Shown one piece after another: positions 1-11,189 of a DNA stretch of 64,000 nt (positions are counted from its first letter, which is position 1; every line of letters starts with the position of its first letter). Location of the stretch: positions 3,658,001 through 3,722,000 of the forward strand of contig JBNRSN020000022.1 of assembly GCA_051313645.2 (NCBI GenBank). The letters run 5' to 3'. A program made the translations under genes and the position numbers. The notes beneath the pieces are model-generated. The model did not search any database and was not told the DNA's origin. It worked only from the letters and a program-made list of their open reading frames with translations. The stretch comes from Centroscyllium fabricii. Its lineage: Eukaryota.

Positions 1-72
1 GAACGACTTCCAGTGAAGAAAAAGCTGCCGCAGGATCTGGGACCACCAGCCAAAGAACTTTTTTAAGAAAAC

Positions 73-3000
73 ATGGTAAACCCAAGAAACCAAGCTCCAC
101 GAACGCAGGGAGCTGGCCAGAACGCCGGACGTGGACTAACTCTACCCGAGTTCTGGGAGCAACGGCCAGCGGCCTGGTTCATGTGCATTGAGACCAGCTG
201 CCGCACACATGGCATTCAAGGGGACGACCACTACGACCTGGTGTTCTCAGCCCTTCCACAGACGACGATCGATCGGATGTGGTCAAAAATACAGCGGGTG
301 CCCATCGCAGGCAGATATGAAACACTTAAGGCCGCGCTTATAAAAAATGTTTACCCCCCTCCCAATTCGAGCGCGACTGCCAGCTCCTCGACCTCCCCGA
401 ACTCGGGGACGCAGACCCATCGTACCTCTTAGGTCAGATGCAAGCGCTCACACCCAACCCGGCCTCCCTCTTCCGCACCGTCTTCCTCCTTAAACTGCCC
501 CGCGCCATCAGACCGGCCTTGGCGGCCCTTGGCCATCGGAGCGATGACGAGCTCGGAGAGGAAGCCGACAGGCTCATGGAGGCCCAGCGCACCCGCTCAA
601 CCACGTGCGACCCTAACTCCGCATCGGTAGAGCGCAGCCAATCACCCCCCGGCATAACTTTACGCCTGAACCTAGGGCCCCGCGCCCACCCAGGCAACCG
701 TGTCCCTCTAGCACCGGCTGGTGCTACTACCACACGCGGTTCGACCACAAAGCGCACCGCTGCGTCCAGCCATGCGCGTTCAAGCCACGGCCCAACTCAG
801 CCCCCACCATGTCTGTAGGCCACACAGGAGCACTGCTCTTCGCCACAGACAGCGGCACAGGCCTCAGGTTCCTCTGCGACACAGGCGCGCAGCACAGCAT
901 CGTGCCAGCCTCCCCTGCAGAAACCAAACAAGGCACCCGGGGCCCGCCACTAGCGGCAGCCAACGGCTCCAATATAAAAACGTACGGCACCCGCAAGCTA
1001 ACTATTACCCTTGCAAGCCACGCGTACACCTGGGACTTTGTAACGGCCCAGGTCACTTCACCCCTCCTCTGGGCAGACTTCCTCTGCGCCTACGGCCTAC
1101 TGGTCGACGTAACTCGGCGCCGCTTGGTAAATATAAATACCATGACCATCCCATGCTCCACAGGGCCCGCACTCCTGGCCCACGCGGCAGCCCAATGCCG
1201 CTCCAGGGACTCCGATGCCTACGGCACACTCCTGGCAGAGTTCCCCGCCCTAACCAACCCCACGTTCACCGCCCGCAAGGCCAAACACGGGGTGGAACAT
1301 TTTATCACGACCACAGGCCCGCCCGTCCATGCCCACGCCCGTAGGCTCGACCCGGCCAAGCAGGAGATCGCGCGCACCGAGTTCCGCACCATGGAGCAAC
1401 TCGGCATTATCCGCCGCTCCAGCAGCCCCTGGTCCTTTCCGCTCCATATAGCCCCCAAGCCCGACGGAGGCTGGCGCCCCTGCGGCGACTACCGCCGCCT
1501 TAACAACGCCACTACCCCGGATAGGTACCCCGTACCCCACATCCAGGATTTTTCCGCCAGATTAGCGGGCTGTACGATCTTTTCCAAGATCGACCTGGTG
1601 CGTGGCTATCACCAGGTTCCGGTGCATTCCTAAAACGGCCGTTATTACCCCCTTCGGACTCTTCGAGTTCCTTAGGATGCCCTTCGGCCTTAAAAACGCG
1701 GCCCAGGCCTTCCAGCGCCTCATGGACTCAGTCCTACGGGACTTGAAGTTCATTTTCGTCTATTTAGACGACATCCTCGTGGCCAGCACCTCCCCCCAGG
1801 AACACCTCCTGCACCTCAGGACTCTGTTCCAGCGCCTGGTCGAACACGGCCTTATCTTAAGCCCCAGCAAATGCAAATTCGGCCTCGAGACTATTGACTT
1901 CCTCGGCCACCGCATTTCCCAAACGGGCCATACTCCTGCCCTCCAAGGTGCAGGCGGTACAAGAATTCCCCCGCCCGCACTCCATTAAAGGGCTGCAGGA
2001 ATTCTTAGGCGTGGTTAATTTTTATAACCGCTTTATCCCGGGAGCAGCCGCTCTCATGGCCCGGCCACCCGCGGGCAGTCCAACAAGGCTGCGGTCGAGT
2101 GGACGGCCGACGCCGCACCGCCTTCACCGCAACTAGCCCACCCTAGGCCCAACGCCAGAGTAGCCCTCACCACCGACGCCTCCGACCACGCGGTCGGGGC
2201 CGTATTTGAGCAGTGGACCGGCAACTCGTGGCAGCCCCTGGCCTTTTTCAGCCGGCAACTCCGACCCCCAGAGGTTAAATACAGCGCCTTTGATAGGGAG
2301 CTACTCGCTCTCCATCTGGCGGTGCGACACTTTCGCTTCCTCTTGGAGGGCCGCCACTTCACAGCCTTCAGCGACCACAAGCCACTCACGTTTGCGATGG
2401 CTAAGGTCGCTGAACCCTGGTCGGCCAGGCAGCAGCGCCAACTCGCGGCCGTGTCGGAATTTACAACCGACATCCAGCACATTTCCGGCCGCGACAACGT
2501 GGTCGCTGACTGCCTCTCACGCCCCACCATTAACGCCACCCAAATGGCGGTCGATTACGCCCAGCTGGCCGCTGACCAGCTGGCCGACCCCGACCTACTC
2601 AACGCAGCAACTAATCTCCCCGGCCTTCACTTGGCCAATATCGCGCACGGCCCTGCAGCCACCGTCGTCTGCTGCGATGTATCCTTGCCGCAACCCAGGC
2701 CAGTCGTACCCCACGCTTGGAGGCGACACATATTTAGGACCCTCCATGACCTGTCCCACCCCGGCGCCCGCGCGTCCATTAAATTAATATCGGCCCGATT
2801 TGTATGGCGCGGCCTGCGCAAGGACGTCCGCGCCTGGGCCAGCTCCTGCATAGCCTGCCAGCGCTCCAAAGTGCATAAGCACATCAGGGCACCGCTGGAG
2901 AATTTTAAAGTGCCGGCCAGACGTTTTGACCATGTCCACATCGATCTCGTCGGGCCACTACCGCCATCCCGGGGCCACACGCACCTAATGACCATGGTCG

Positions 3001-3837
3001 ACCGCAACACTCGCTGGCCAGAAGCAGTCCCCCTCACCGCCACCGGCACCACGGACTTGGCCAGGGCGTTCATCGCCACCTGGGTCGCCCGCTTTGGCGT
3101 GCCCACAGACATCACCTCCGACAGAGGACCCCAATTTCCGTCAGCATTATGGGCGGCCATCGCCCGCGACCTCGGGGTGACACTACACCGAACCACCGCA
3201 TACCACCCACAGGCAAACGGCCTATGCGAACGGTTCCACCGCTCCATGAAGGCATCACTACGAGCCACGCTTAAAGACACATCGTGGACTGACCGCCTTC
3301 CATGGGTTCTCCTCGGGCTGCGCTCGGCAGTCAAAGAAGACCTCAACGCCTCGGCAGCGGAGCTCGTCTACAGCCGAACTTTAACGGTGCCGGGCGAGTT
3401 CCTGGCTGAGCCCAACGCTCCCTGGTCAGCCGACCAGTATTTAAAAGACTTCGCCAACCCAGCACGAGCTTTCCAGCCACTACCAGTGGCCCGGCACGGA
3501 GAGTCGGGTGCCAGACAACATTAAAAATGCGAAATTCGTGTTCGTCCGGCGCGACGGACACCGATCTCCACTACAGCCACCGTACGATGGCCCCTACAGA
3601 GTGCTTCGGGCGGGGACTAAAGCTTCTGAGTTACAAATGGGCAACAGGGCTGACACTCTGACAATAGACCGGCTCAAGCCGGCACACGTGATAACGGGTG
3701 AGACAATGGTCCCCGCACAACCACCACAACGCGGTCGCCCTCCCGCAACAAAGCCTGCCCACACTCCACCGCAGAACCAGGAGCAACTAACAACACGGTC
3801 CGGCCGCATCATCCGGCCACCCCAACGGCACACATAG
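73..3837 (+). pseudogene. gag-pol of Gypsy family A copy 1, broken by several frameshifts
   Basis: Domains split over ORFs 73-432, 438-818, 809-1633, 1602-1988, 1894-2136, 2322-3524, 3508-3837. Confidence 0.9.
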
Positions 3838-3879
3838 ACACTGTCACTATTCCTCCCGGATGGATTCTGGGGGGAGCTG

Positions 3880-4120
3880 TGTGGCGGCACGCCCACTGGG
3901 ACATCGAATCCGCCACGGGGACTCCGCGGAGCAAAGCCCCGCTCATCCGGGTGACGCGACGACGTCACCACGTCGGCCGACGCGATGACGTCACCAACCG
4001 CGGGACGGTTTAAATACGAGCGTTGCGAGTGGTTCACTCTCTTTCTTCTACTTAGTGTAATAAAGCTGTGTTTTCTCTAGCTCTGGCTCACGTGTGGTTC
4101 CTAGGCCTGCCGGCGCTACA
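3880..4120 (+). repeat. 3' LTR of Gypsy A1
   Basis: Starts tgtggcg after PPT, ends cgctaca; TATA-like tttaaata near 4009, AATAAA at 4059. Confidence 0.85.
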
Positions 4121-4404
4121 ATCTTCCCTTTCTTAATCAATCTTTTTATTATTTTTTGCTGACTTTTAAAAGCTTCCCGATCTTCTATCTTCCCACTAGA
4201 TTTCGCAACCTTATATAACCTTGTTTTTAGTCGGATACTCTCCTTTATTACTTTACTTAGCCACGGACAGCTGCTTTTTTTCTTTTACACCCTTTTTTCC
4301 CTCCTTGAATACACACAACTGATCATGTACCGTCTTACCCTTCAATCTGTTTTCCCAGTCCACCTTAATCAATTCCGCTCTCATACCATCATAGTCTCCT
4401 TTAT

Positions 4405-5271
4405 TTAACTCAGTACGCTTGTTTGAGATCCAACCCTCTCACCCTCTAATTGAATTTGGAATTCGACCATGTTATGGTCACTCATTCCCAGGGGATCCTT
4501 TACTAGGACATTTTTTATTAATCCTGTCTCATTACACAGGACCAGATCTAAGATTGCTTGCTCCCTGGTCGGCTCAGTTACGTACTGTTCAAGGAACCCA
4601 TCCCTAATACACTCAATGAACTCTTCCTCAAGGCCGCCCTGTCCAACTTGATTAGTCCAGTCAATATGAAAGTTAAAATCCCCCATAATTATAGCTGTTC
4701 CCTTATTACAAGCCCCAACTATTTCCTGATTTATACTCCGACCAACTGAGTTACAACTGTTTGGAGGCCTATAGACTACGCCCACCAGTGTTTTTTTCCC
4801 TTTATTATTTCTTATTTCCACCCAAACTGTTTCACTATCCTGATCCTTTGAGCAAATATCATTTTGCTGTATTGTCGTAATTCCTTGCCTTATTAACATA
4901 GCCACCCCACCTCCCTTTCCTTCCTGCCTGTCCCTCCTAATTGTTAAATACCCTTGTATGTTTAATTCCCAGTCCTGGTCACCTTGTAGCCATGTTTCTG
5001 TAATTGCCACAAGATCATACCCATATGTAATTATTTGTGCCGTCAACTCGTCTATTTTGTTACGAATACTACGTGCATTCAAATAAAGGACTTTCAAATA
5101 TGTTTGATACTTCATTCCTGCTTTTTTCCTTTTTACAACTTTACCTTTATCTCCATACATTCTTTCCCGTCCTGACACACTCTGCCTTATAATTCCCCCA
5201 TTGTTACCTATGTCCATTACCTTCTCCAGTGTCATTTTATTTATTTGCTCTCTAGAAACCTCCCCCCCCAC
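4405..5271 (-). pseudogene. CR1 ORF2 N-terminal apurinic-like endonuclease domain
   Basis: 288-aa ORF with the conserved APE motifs, premature stop at 4405. Confidence 0.88.
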
Positions 5272-5274
5272 TAA

Positions 5275-6229
5275 TTAGTTTAAAGCCCTCTCTACAGCCC
5301 TAGTTATATGATTCGCCAGGACACTGGTCCCAGCCTGGTTCAGGTGAAGCCTGCCCTGCTCGAACAGTTCTCTCCTGTCCCAGTACTGGTGCCAGTGTCC
5401 CAAGAAGCAAAACCCACTTTTCCCACAACAGTCTTTGAGCCACGCATTTAACTCCCTAAGTTTATTTACCCTAGCCAAATTCGCTCGTGGCTCAGGTAAT
5501 AACGCAGAGATTATTACCCTTGAGGTTCTGTTTTTTAGTTTGACCCCTAGCTGCTCATACTCCTGTAACAGAACCTTCTTCCTTGTCTTATCTACGTCGT
5601 TGGTACCAACATGTACCAGGACAACTGGATCCTCCCCCTCCCACTGCAAGTTTCTCTCCAGCCCAGAAGAGATGTCCTTAACCCTGGCACCGGGCAGGCA
5701 ACACAGCCTTCGGGACTGCCGCTCTCGGTTACAGAGAACCCTATCTAACCCCCTGATGATACTGTCCCCTACCACTACAACATTTCTATTAACTCCCCCC
5801 TTTTGAATGGCCCCCCGTTCCACGGTGCTGTGGCCAGGTTTCTCATCCTCCCCACAGTCCCCGCTCCCGCCCTCTCAGGGAGTAAGAGCCTCGAACCTGT
5901 TGGACAAGAGGAAGGCCTGCGGTTCCTCCAACACTACCTCCTGGATTCCCGTACCTGTCTCACTCATAGTCACACCATCCTGTCCCTGACCATGATCTAT
6001 ATTTAAATTAATTAATCTATTTGGTGTGGCTATCTCCTGTAACACAAAGTCCAGGTAACTCCCCCTCCCTGATGTGTCGCAGTGTCTGAAGCTCGGACTG
6101 CAGCTCATCAACATGAAGCCGGAGTTCCTCGAGCAACAAACACTTGCCGCAAATGTAGTCACCGCGAGCATCAATGGTGTCCACGAACTCCCACATCTCG
6201 CAGCAGTAACACATCACCTGCTCACCCAT
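5275..6229 (-). pseudogene. CR1 ORF1 (zinc finger/leucine zipper + esterase), disrupted
   Basis: ORFs 6017-6229, 5875-6174 and 5275-5823 join into one ORF1-like protein. Confidence 0.85.
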
Positions 6230-6538
6230 TCTATATATTTAATTAAAGTTATTATTAGTTACACAAAAACCCTTTGCCCCGATATAGCTGAATATCACGC
6301 TATTTAATAGCACTTTCCACTTATTAGGTATAAAATTAGGGAAGCAAGAGTACTTACCAACCAGCTGATTACCAACCTCCTTCGGATTGCCCTGCCGCCG
6401 CTCTTCTGTGGTGTTGGCTGAACCTAAGATTTGGGACAGAAGCAAAACAGAGAAGTACCCCCCTCACCTCCCACTTGCCCGAACTCTCCCACTTACCAAA
6501 CTCTCGCTAACACTCTATGCCCGCCGCACTATGTCCCG

Positions 6539-6886
6539 CCCCTTTTTAAAGCCTGATTCAACTTCCTGTTTTCTTCAAACTACTTTACAATTAATAAATT
6601 TAATTTATTTTTAACTTAAACTCTCTTCAATAAATAAAATAAAATATACTTGTCCAACCTTTTTACAGATTCACCACTTTTGAACTTACTCCCAGCTCAC
6701 AGCATTTTTCACAAGTCCTGCCCCTTTTTAAAGCCTGATTCAACTTCCTGTTTCCTTCAAACTACTTTTAAATTAATAAATTTAATTTATTTTCTACTTA
6801 AAGTCTCTTAAATAAATACATAAAATAAAATTTACTTCTCCAACCTTTTTACAGATTCACCACTTTTGAACTTACTCCCAGCTCAC
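6539..6886. repeat. Tandem duplication (~170-180 bp x2) in CR1 5' UTR
   Basis: ttttttaaagcctgattcaacttcctg...gaacttactcccagctcac occurs at ~6541-6700 and ~6723-6886. Confidence 0.85.
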
Positions 6887-6904
6887 TTTGATTCACTCCT
6901 CCTT

Positions 6905-7330
6905 TGCCCAATGTACTGGTTCATATTTCTTTGCGCTGAACTGCATTTGCCATTGATCAGCCCAGTCTGCTAACTGGTCAGTGCCCTCCACAATTTCTTC
7001 CATTCTTGCTCATACTTTGTCATGCCCCTTGATTTAGTATCAGCAAACTTTGTATCATTCCTCTGTCTCCAAATCATTTATATAATTGGGAAATAGAGCT
7101 CCCAGCATAAATCCCTGGGGTAAATCTCCCAGAAACGCCCATTTACCACAACTCTATTTCTGTCTCCTTGCCGTCTATCTATGCCGCTGCACTCCCTTCA
7201 GTGCCATGCACCTTCATTTTTGTAAGAAGCCTCTTATAAAAGGGCACCTTTTTAAATGCCTTCTCAAAATCCAAGTGTACAACATCCATTGCATTCCCTT
7301 TGTCTGTACACTGATTGAAAGATTTTTTTA
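6905..7330 (-). mobile_element. Decayed CR1 RT fragment
   Basis: Translation DKGNAMDVVHLDFEKAFKKVP. Confidence 0.7.
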
Positions 7331-7375
7331 AGTTAATGACCTGCCCATTACAAATCTGCACCGTTCCCGATTGCT

Positions 7376-7617
7376 GCCCACCACCGCCTTGGATACTCTT
7401 GGTCTGGACCGCCACCACCTCGGATACTCTTAGTCTGGACCGCCACTGCCTCGGATACTCTTAGTCTGGACCGCCACTGCCTCGGATACTCCTAGTCTGG
7501 ACCGCCACCACCTTGGATACTCCTAGTCTGGACCGCCACCACCTCGGATACCCCTAGTCTGGACCGCCACCACCTCGGATACTCCGAGTGTGGACCGCCA
7601 CCACCTCGGATACTCCT
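7376..7617. repeat. 31-bp minisatellite, about 8 copies
   Basis: Unit ccgccaccacctcggatactcttagtctgga repeated in tandem. Confidence 0.92.
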
Positions 7618-9090
7618 ACAGTACAGCTACAACACTGGCATCTACCCAGCAATGTGGAAAATTGCCCAAGTATGTCCTGTCTACAAAAACAGGACAAATC
7701 CGACCCGGCCAATTACCGTCCCATCAGTCTACTCTCAGTCATCAGCAAAGTGATGGAAGGTGTCGTCGACCGTGCTGTCAAGCGACACTTACTCAGCAAT
7801 AATCTGCTAACTGACGCCCAGTTTGGGTTCCGCCAGGGCCAATCGGCTCCTGACCTCATTACAGCCTTGGTCCAAACATGGACAAAAGAGCTGAACTCGT
7901 GAGGTGAGAGTGATTGCCCTTGACATCAAGGCAGCATTTGATCGAGTGTGGCATCAAGGAACCCTGGCAAAGGTGAAGTCACTGGGAATCAAGGGGAAAA
8001 CTCTCCATTGGTTGGAATCATACCCAGCACAAAGGAAGTTGGCTGTGGTTGTTGGAGGTCATTCAGCTCAACCACAGGACATCACTGCAGGAGTTCCTCA
8101 GGGCAGTGTCCTAGGCCCAACCATCTTCAGCTGTTTCATCAATGACCTTCCCTCCATCAAAAGGTCAGAAGTGGGGATGTTTGCTGATGTTTGCACACTG
8201 TTCAGCACCATTTGAGACTCGTCAGATACTGACGCAGTCCGTGTCCATATGCAGCAAGACCTGGACAACATTCAGACTTGGGCTGACAAGTGGCAAGTAA
8301 CATTCGCACCACACAAGTGCCAGGCAATGACCATCTCCAACAAGCGAGACTCTAACCATCTCCCCTTGACATTCAATGGCATTATCATCGCTGAATCCCC
8401 CACTATCAACATCCTGGGGGTTACCATTGATCGGAAACTGAACTGGACCAGCCATATAAATACTGTGGCTACAAGAGCAGGCCAGAGGCTGGGAATTCTG
8501 CGGCAAGTGTCTCACCTCCTGACTCCCCAAAGCCTTTCCACCATCTACAAGGCAGAAGTCAGGAGTGTGATGGAATACTCTCCACTTGCCTGGATGAGTG
8601 CAGCTCCAACAACACTCAAGAAGCTCGACACCATTCAGGATAAAGCAGGCTGCTTGATTGGCACTCCATCCACCACCTTCAACATTCACTCTCTCCACCA
8701 CCGGCGCACTGTAGCTGCAGTGTGTACCATCTACAAGATGCACTGCAGCAACTCGCCAAAGCTCCTTCAACAGCACCTTCCAAACCCGCGACCTCTACCA
8801 CTTAGAAGGACAAGGGCAGCAGATGCATGGGAACAGCACCACCTACAAGTTCCCCTCCAAGCCACACACCATCCTGACTTGGACCCATATCGCCGCTCCT
8901 TCACTGTCGCTGGGCCAAAATCCTGGAACTCCCTTCCTAACAACATTGTGGGTGCACTCACGATATGGACTGCAGCGGTTCAAGAAGGCGGCTCACCACC
9001 ATCTTCTCGAGGGCAATTAGTGATGGGCACTAAATGCAGGCCTAGCCAGCCAGCGACGCCCACATCCCATCAATGAATTAAAAAAAAAAA
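7618..9090 (+). mobile_element. 5'-truncated CR1/L2-group LINE (RT and 3' end with A tail)
   Basis: [40 protein letters not shown] motifs with internal stops; ends in poly(A) at ~9080-9090. Confidence 0.9.
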
Positions 9091-9239
9091 GTCTGGACCT
9101 GGCGCTCTTCCAGTCCAACATCTCTATTTGCTTTTGGCATTTGGGAGCGGTTTTGTTTATAATTGGGAGCTGTTTTGTTTAAAGTCCCTGTTTAAGTTAA
9201 TGCTGCATTCTGACTGTCTCTCCTGTATTTGTGTCACAG

Positions 9240-9410
9240 AGAGGGGAGCAGAAAGTGTCGAGGATAACTGCTGGACTGCTGGTGATTGCCTGGCTCTTTG
9301 CTCTCATCACCCTGTTTGTGGCCGTAGCTGACAAAATCACCTGGCTGCAGTATCTCTACTACTTCTCCTACATCAAACTGGCAATCACGCTCATCAAATA
9401 CATCCCTCAG
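9240..9410 (+). CDS. CTNS: Cystinosin, third-last coding exon (171 bp)
   Basis: ag/gt flanks; RGEQKVSRITAGLLVIAWLFALITLFVAVADKITWLQYLYYFSYIKLAITLIKYIPQ matches cystinosin TM segments ending at the PQ motif. Confidence 0.96.
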
Positions 9411-10247
9411 GTAGGTGATGGGGTGCAGGCACAGTGCGGGATACAGCAGGGGGCTTTTCTGTATTGTGATCTGTCACCAGGTATCGGCCGGTGTGAGTAA
9501 TCCTGCAAAACATTGGGATGGTTATTGATTCTCCCACCCGCAACTGTTCCCAGGCTCCTGATGTACAACAGTATTAGAATGCTGAGAGTTTTGACCCCGA
9601 GACTGACCTGAGGTGGCAGCAGTTGAGAGAAAGGATTCCTGTTCAGAAGCTGCATTCAACGTCCTTTACCAACCGACTTGGTGCTGACATTTGCAACCTG
9701 GTGATCTGGCAACACCGATCCCAGTTACTTTGTCTTCAAGCTTTGGGCTGAGGGAGAAGGTTGAGATGTGGTGGGGCATTAATACCATACGAACATACAC
9801 AATTGATGGGCAGCAAAAGACCAGCTGGTCCATTAAACTTGTCCCACACCATGATGCCTGTAGCATCGTGTCTAAACACTTCCACACACATCCCCCCCCC
9901 CCCCCCCCCACCATGTAATCCTGTGGGAGAGATAAAAAGACAGAGAAAAATCCAGGGCCAATAAGGAGGAAAAACTACTCTGGGGAAAATTGCTCTGCGA
10001 CCATCAGTCCAGGAGATCTGGGACCAAGTGATGTCTGTAAAGTCACTTACCTTCGATATGATGTGATCTGTGCCCCAGTCAGGAACTGGCCCAGCTTGTC
10101 TCGAAGGTACAGGAGCAGCACCCACCACACCAGCCTGCAACACATTCCAGAGACTCGCTCCAAACTGTTTGTCTCCTGTTTAATCACCGTTATTGATTGA
10201 GCGAGATGTTACTGATTTATCATCAGTGTTTCACTGTCTCCCTTCAG

Positions 10248-10365
10248 GCCTACATGAATTACCAGAGGAAGAGCACAGTTGGTTGGTCCATTGGGAATGT
10301 GCTGTTGGATTTTACCGGAGGCAGTTTAAGCCTCATACAGATGTTCCTGCAATCCTACAACAATG
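10248..10365 (+). CDS. CTNS: Cystinosin, penultimate coding exon (118 bp); not in ORF track
   Basis: cttcag|GCC...AATG|gtaat; [39 protein letters not shown], second PQ-loop repeat; phases compatible with both neighbours. Confidence 0.96.
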
Positions 10366-11189
10366 GTAATGGCTGACCTGACACGCGAATGAAATGTTCA
10401 CACTGGAGTGGCTCAATTTGTAGATGGGCGCACTGAGCGAGTGGCTCTTAAACACTGGCTGGTACTTTAACCCTTATCCAGGGGTCTGTACCTCACTCCC
10501 ACTCATGTTGCTGTCCCTGTTGTACTCAATGGGCAATCCCGCAGCGCCCCTTTAGAGTGCTACTTTGAGACATTTTAGTCCCCTGCACAATTGGACTAAA
10601 GCTCTGTGCACACTCTTTGATCCTGTTCTTCCTCATCCCCAGGTAGCCTATTGGGTTTTGTAACACTTTTTTACACAGTTTATAGTTTAATTATCGTCCT
10701 GCAGATTGAAATTGCTGCGGGAGCTTTCAGTCCTGGTGCATGCACTCTGACCTCTCCGCCGTGCGCCTCCCCCTCCCCCCCCCCCCCCCCCCCCACAAGC
10801 CCTCTGCCGCCTCCCCCCCCGCCCCCACCCCCCCCTCCGACCCTGAGCAAAGCTTAGCCACACAACGACACTTCAGAGGATGATACAGCACAGAGGGAGG
10901 CCATTTGGCCCATTGTGCCTGTGCCGGCTATTTGCAAGAGCTTGCCAATTAATCCCACTCCCCCGCTCTTTCCCCATAGCCCTGTGAATTTTTCCTCTTC
11001 AAGTATTTATCCAATTCTCTTGAAAGTTATTATTGAATCTGCTATCACTGCCCTTTCAGGCAGCGCATTCCAGATCACAACAACTCGCTGTGTTTAAAAG
11101 AAAAATGTTTCCTCGTGTCATCTTTGGTTCTTTTATCGATCACCTTAAATCTGTGTCCTCTGGTCCTTCTGCCACTGGAAACCATTCAT

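Larger units (their letters stand above)
1..4120 (+). mobile_element. Ty3/Gypsy LTR retrotransposon, CsRn1-like (family A, copy 1); 5' LTR lies left of the window
   Basis: gag (LPEFW...WF), protease (FLCDTGA), RT (YLDD near 1761), RNase H, integrase (HHCC, HIDLVGP, TSDRG, GLCERFH, GPY), polypurine tract ggattctggggggagc 3862-3877, 3' LTR follows. Confidence 0.95.
4121..6890 (-). mobile_element. CR1 LINE, 5' part (5' UTR, ORF1, endonuclease of ORF2), cut at 4121 by the Gypsy insertion
   Basis: ORF1 with Cys motif (CYCCEMW...YICGKC), leucine-zipper-like segment and SGNH esterase (VVGDSIIR, HVGTND); ORF2 APE endonuclease (YLNARSI, AITETWL, YRPP, MGDFN, SDHN). Confidence 0.93.

Noticed and set aside
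2627-3346. Long antisense ORFs over Gypsy pol (also 46813-47283, 61545-62033)
   Set aside because: Expected shadows of GC-rich coding sequence; boundaries not conserved between copies
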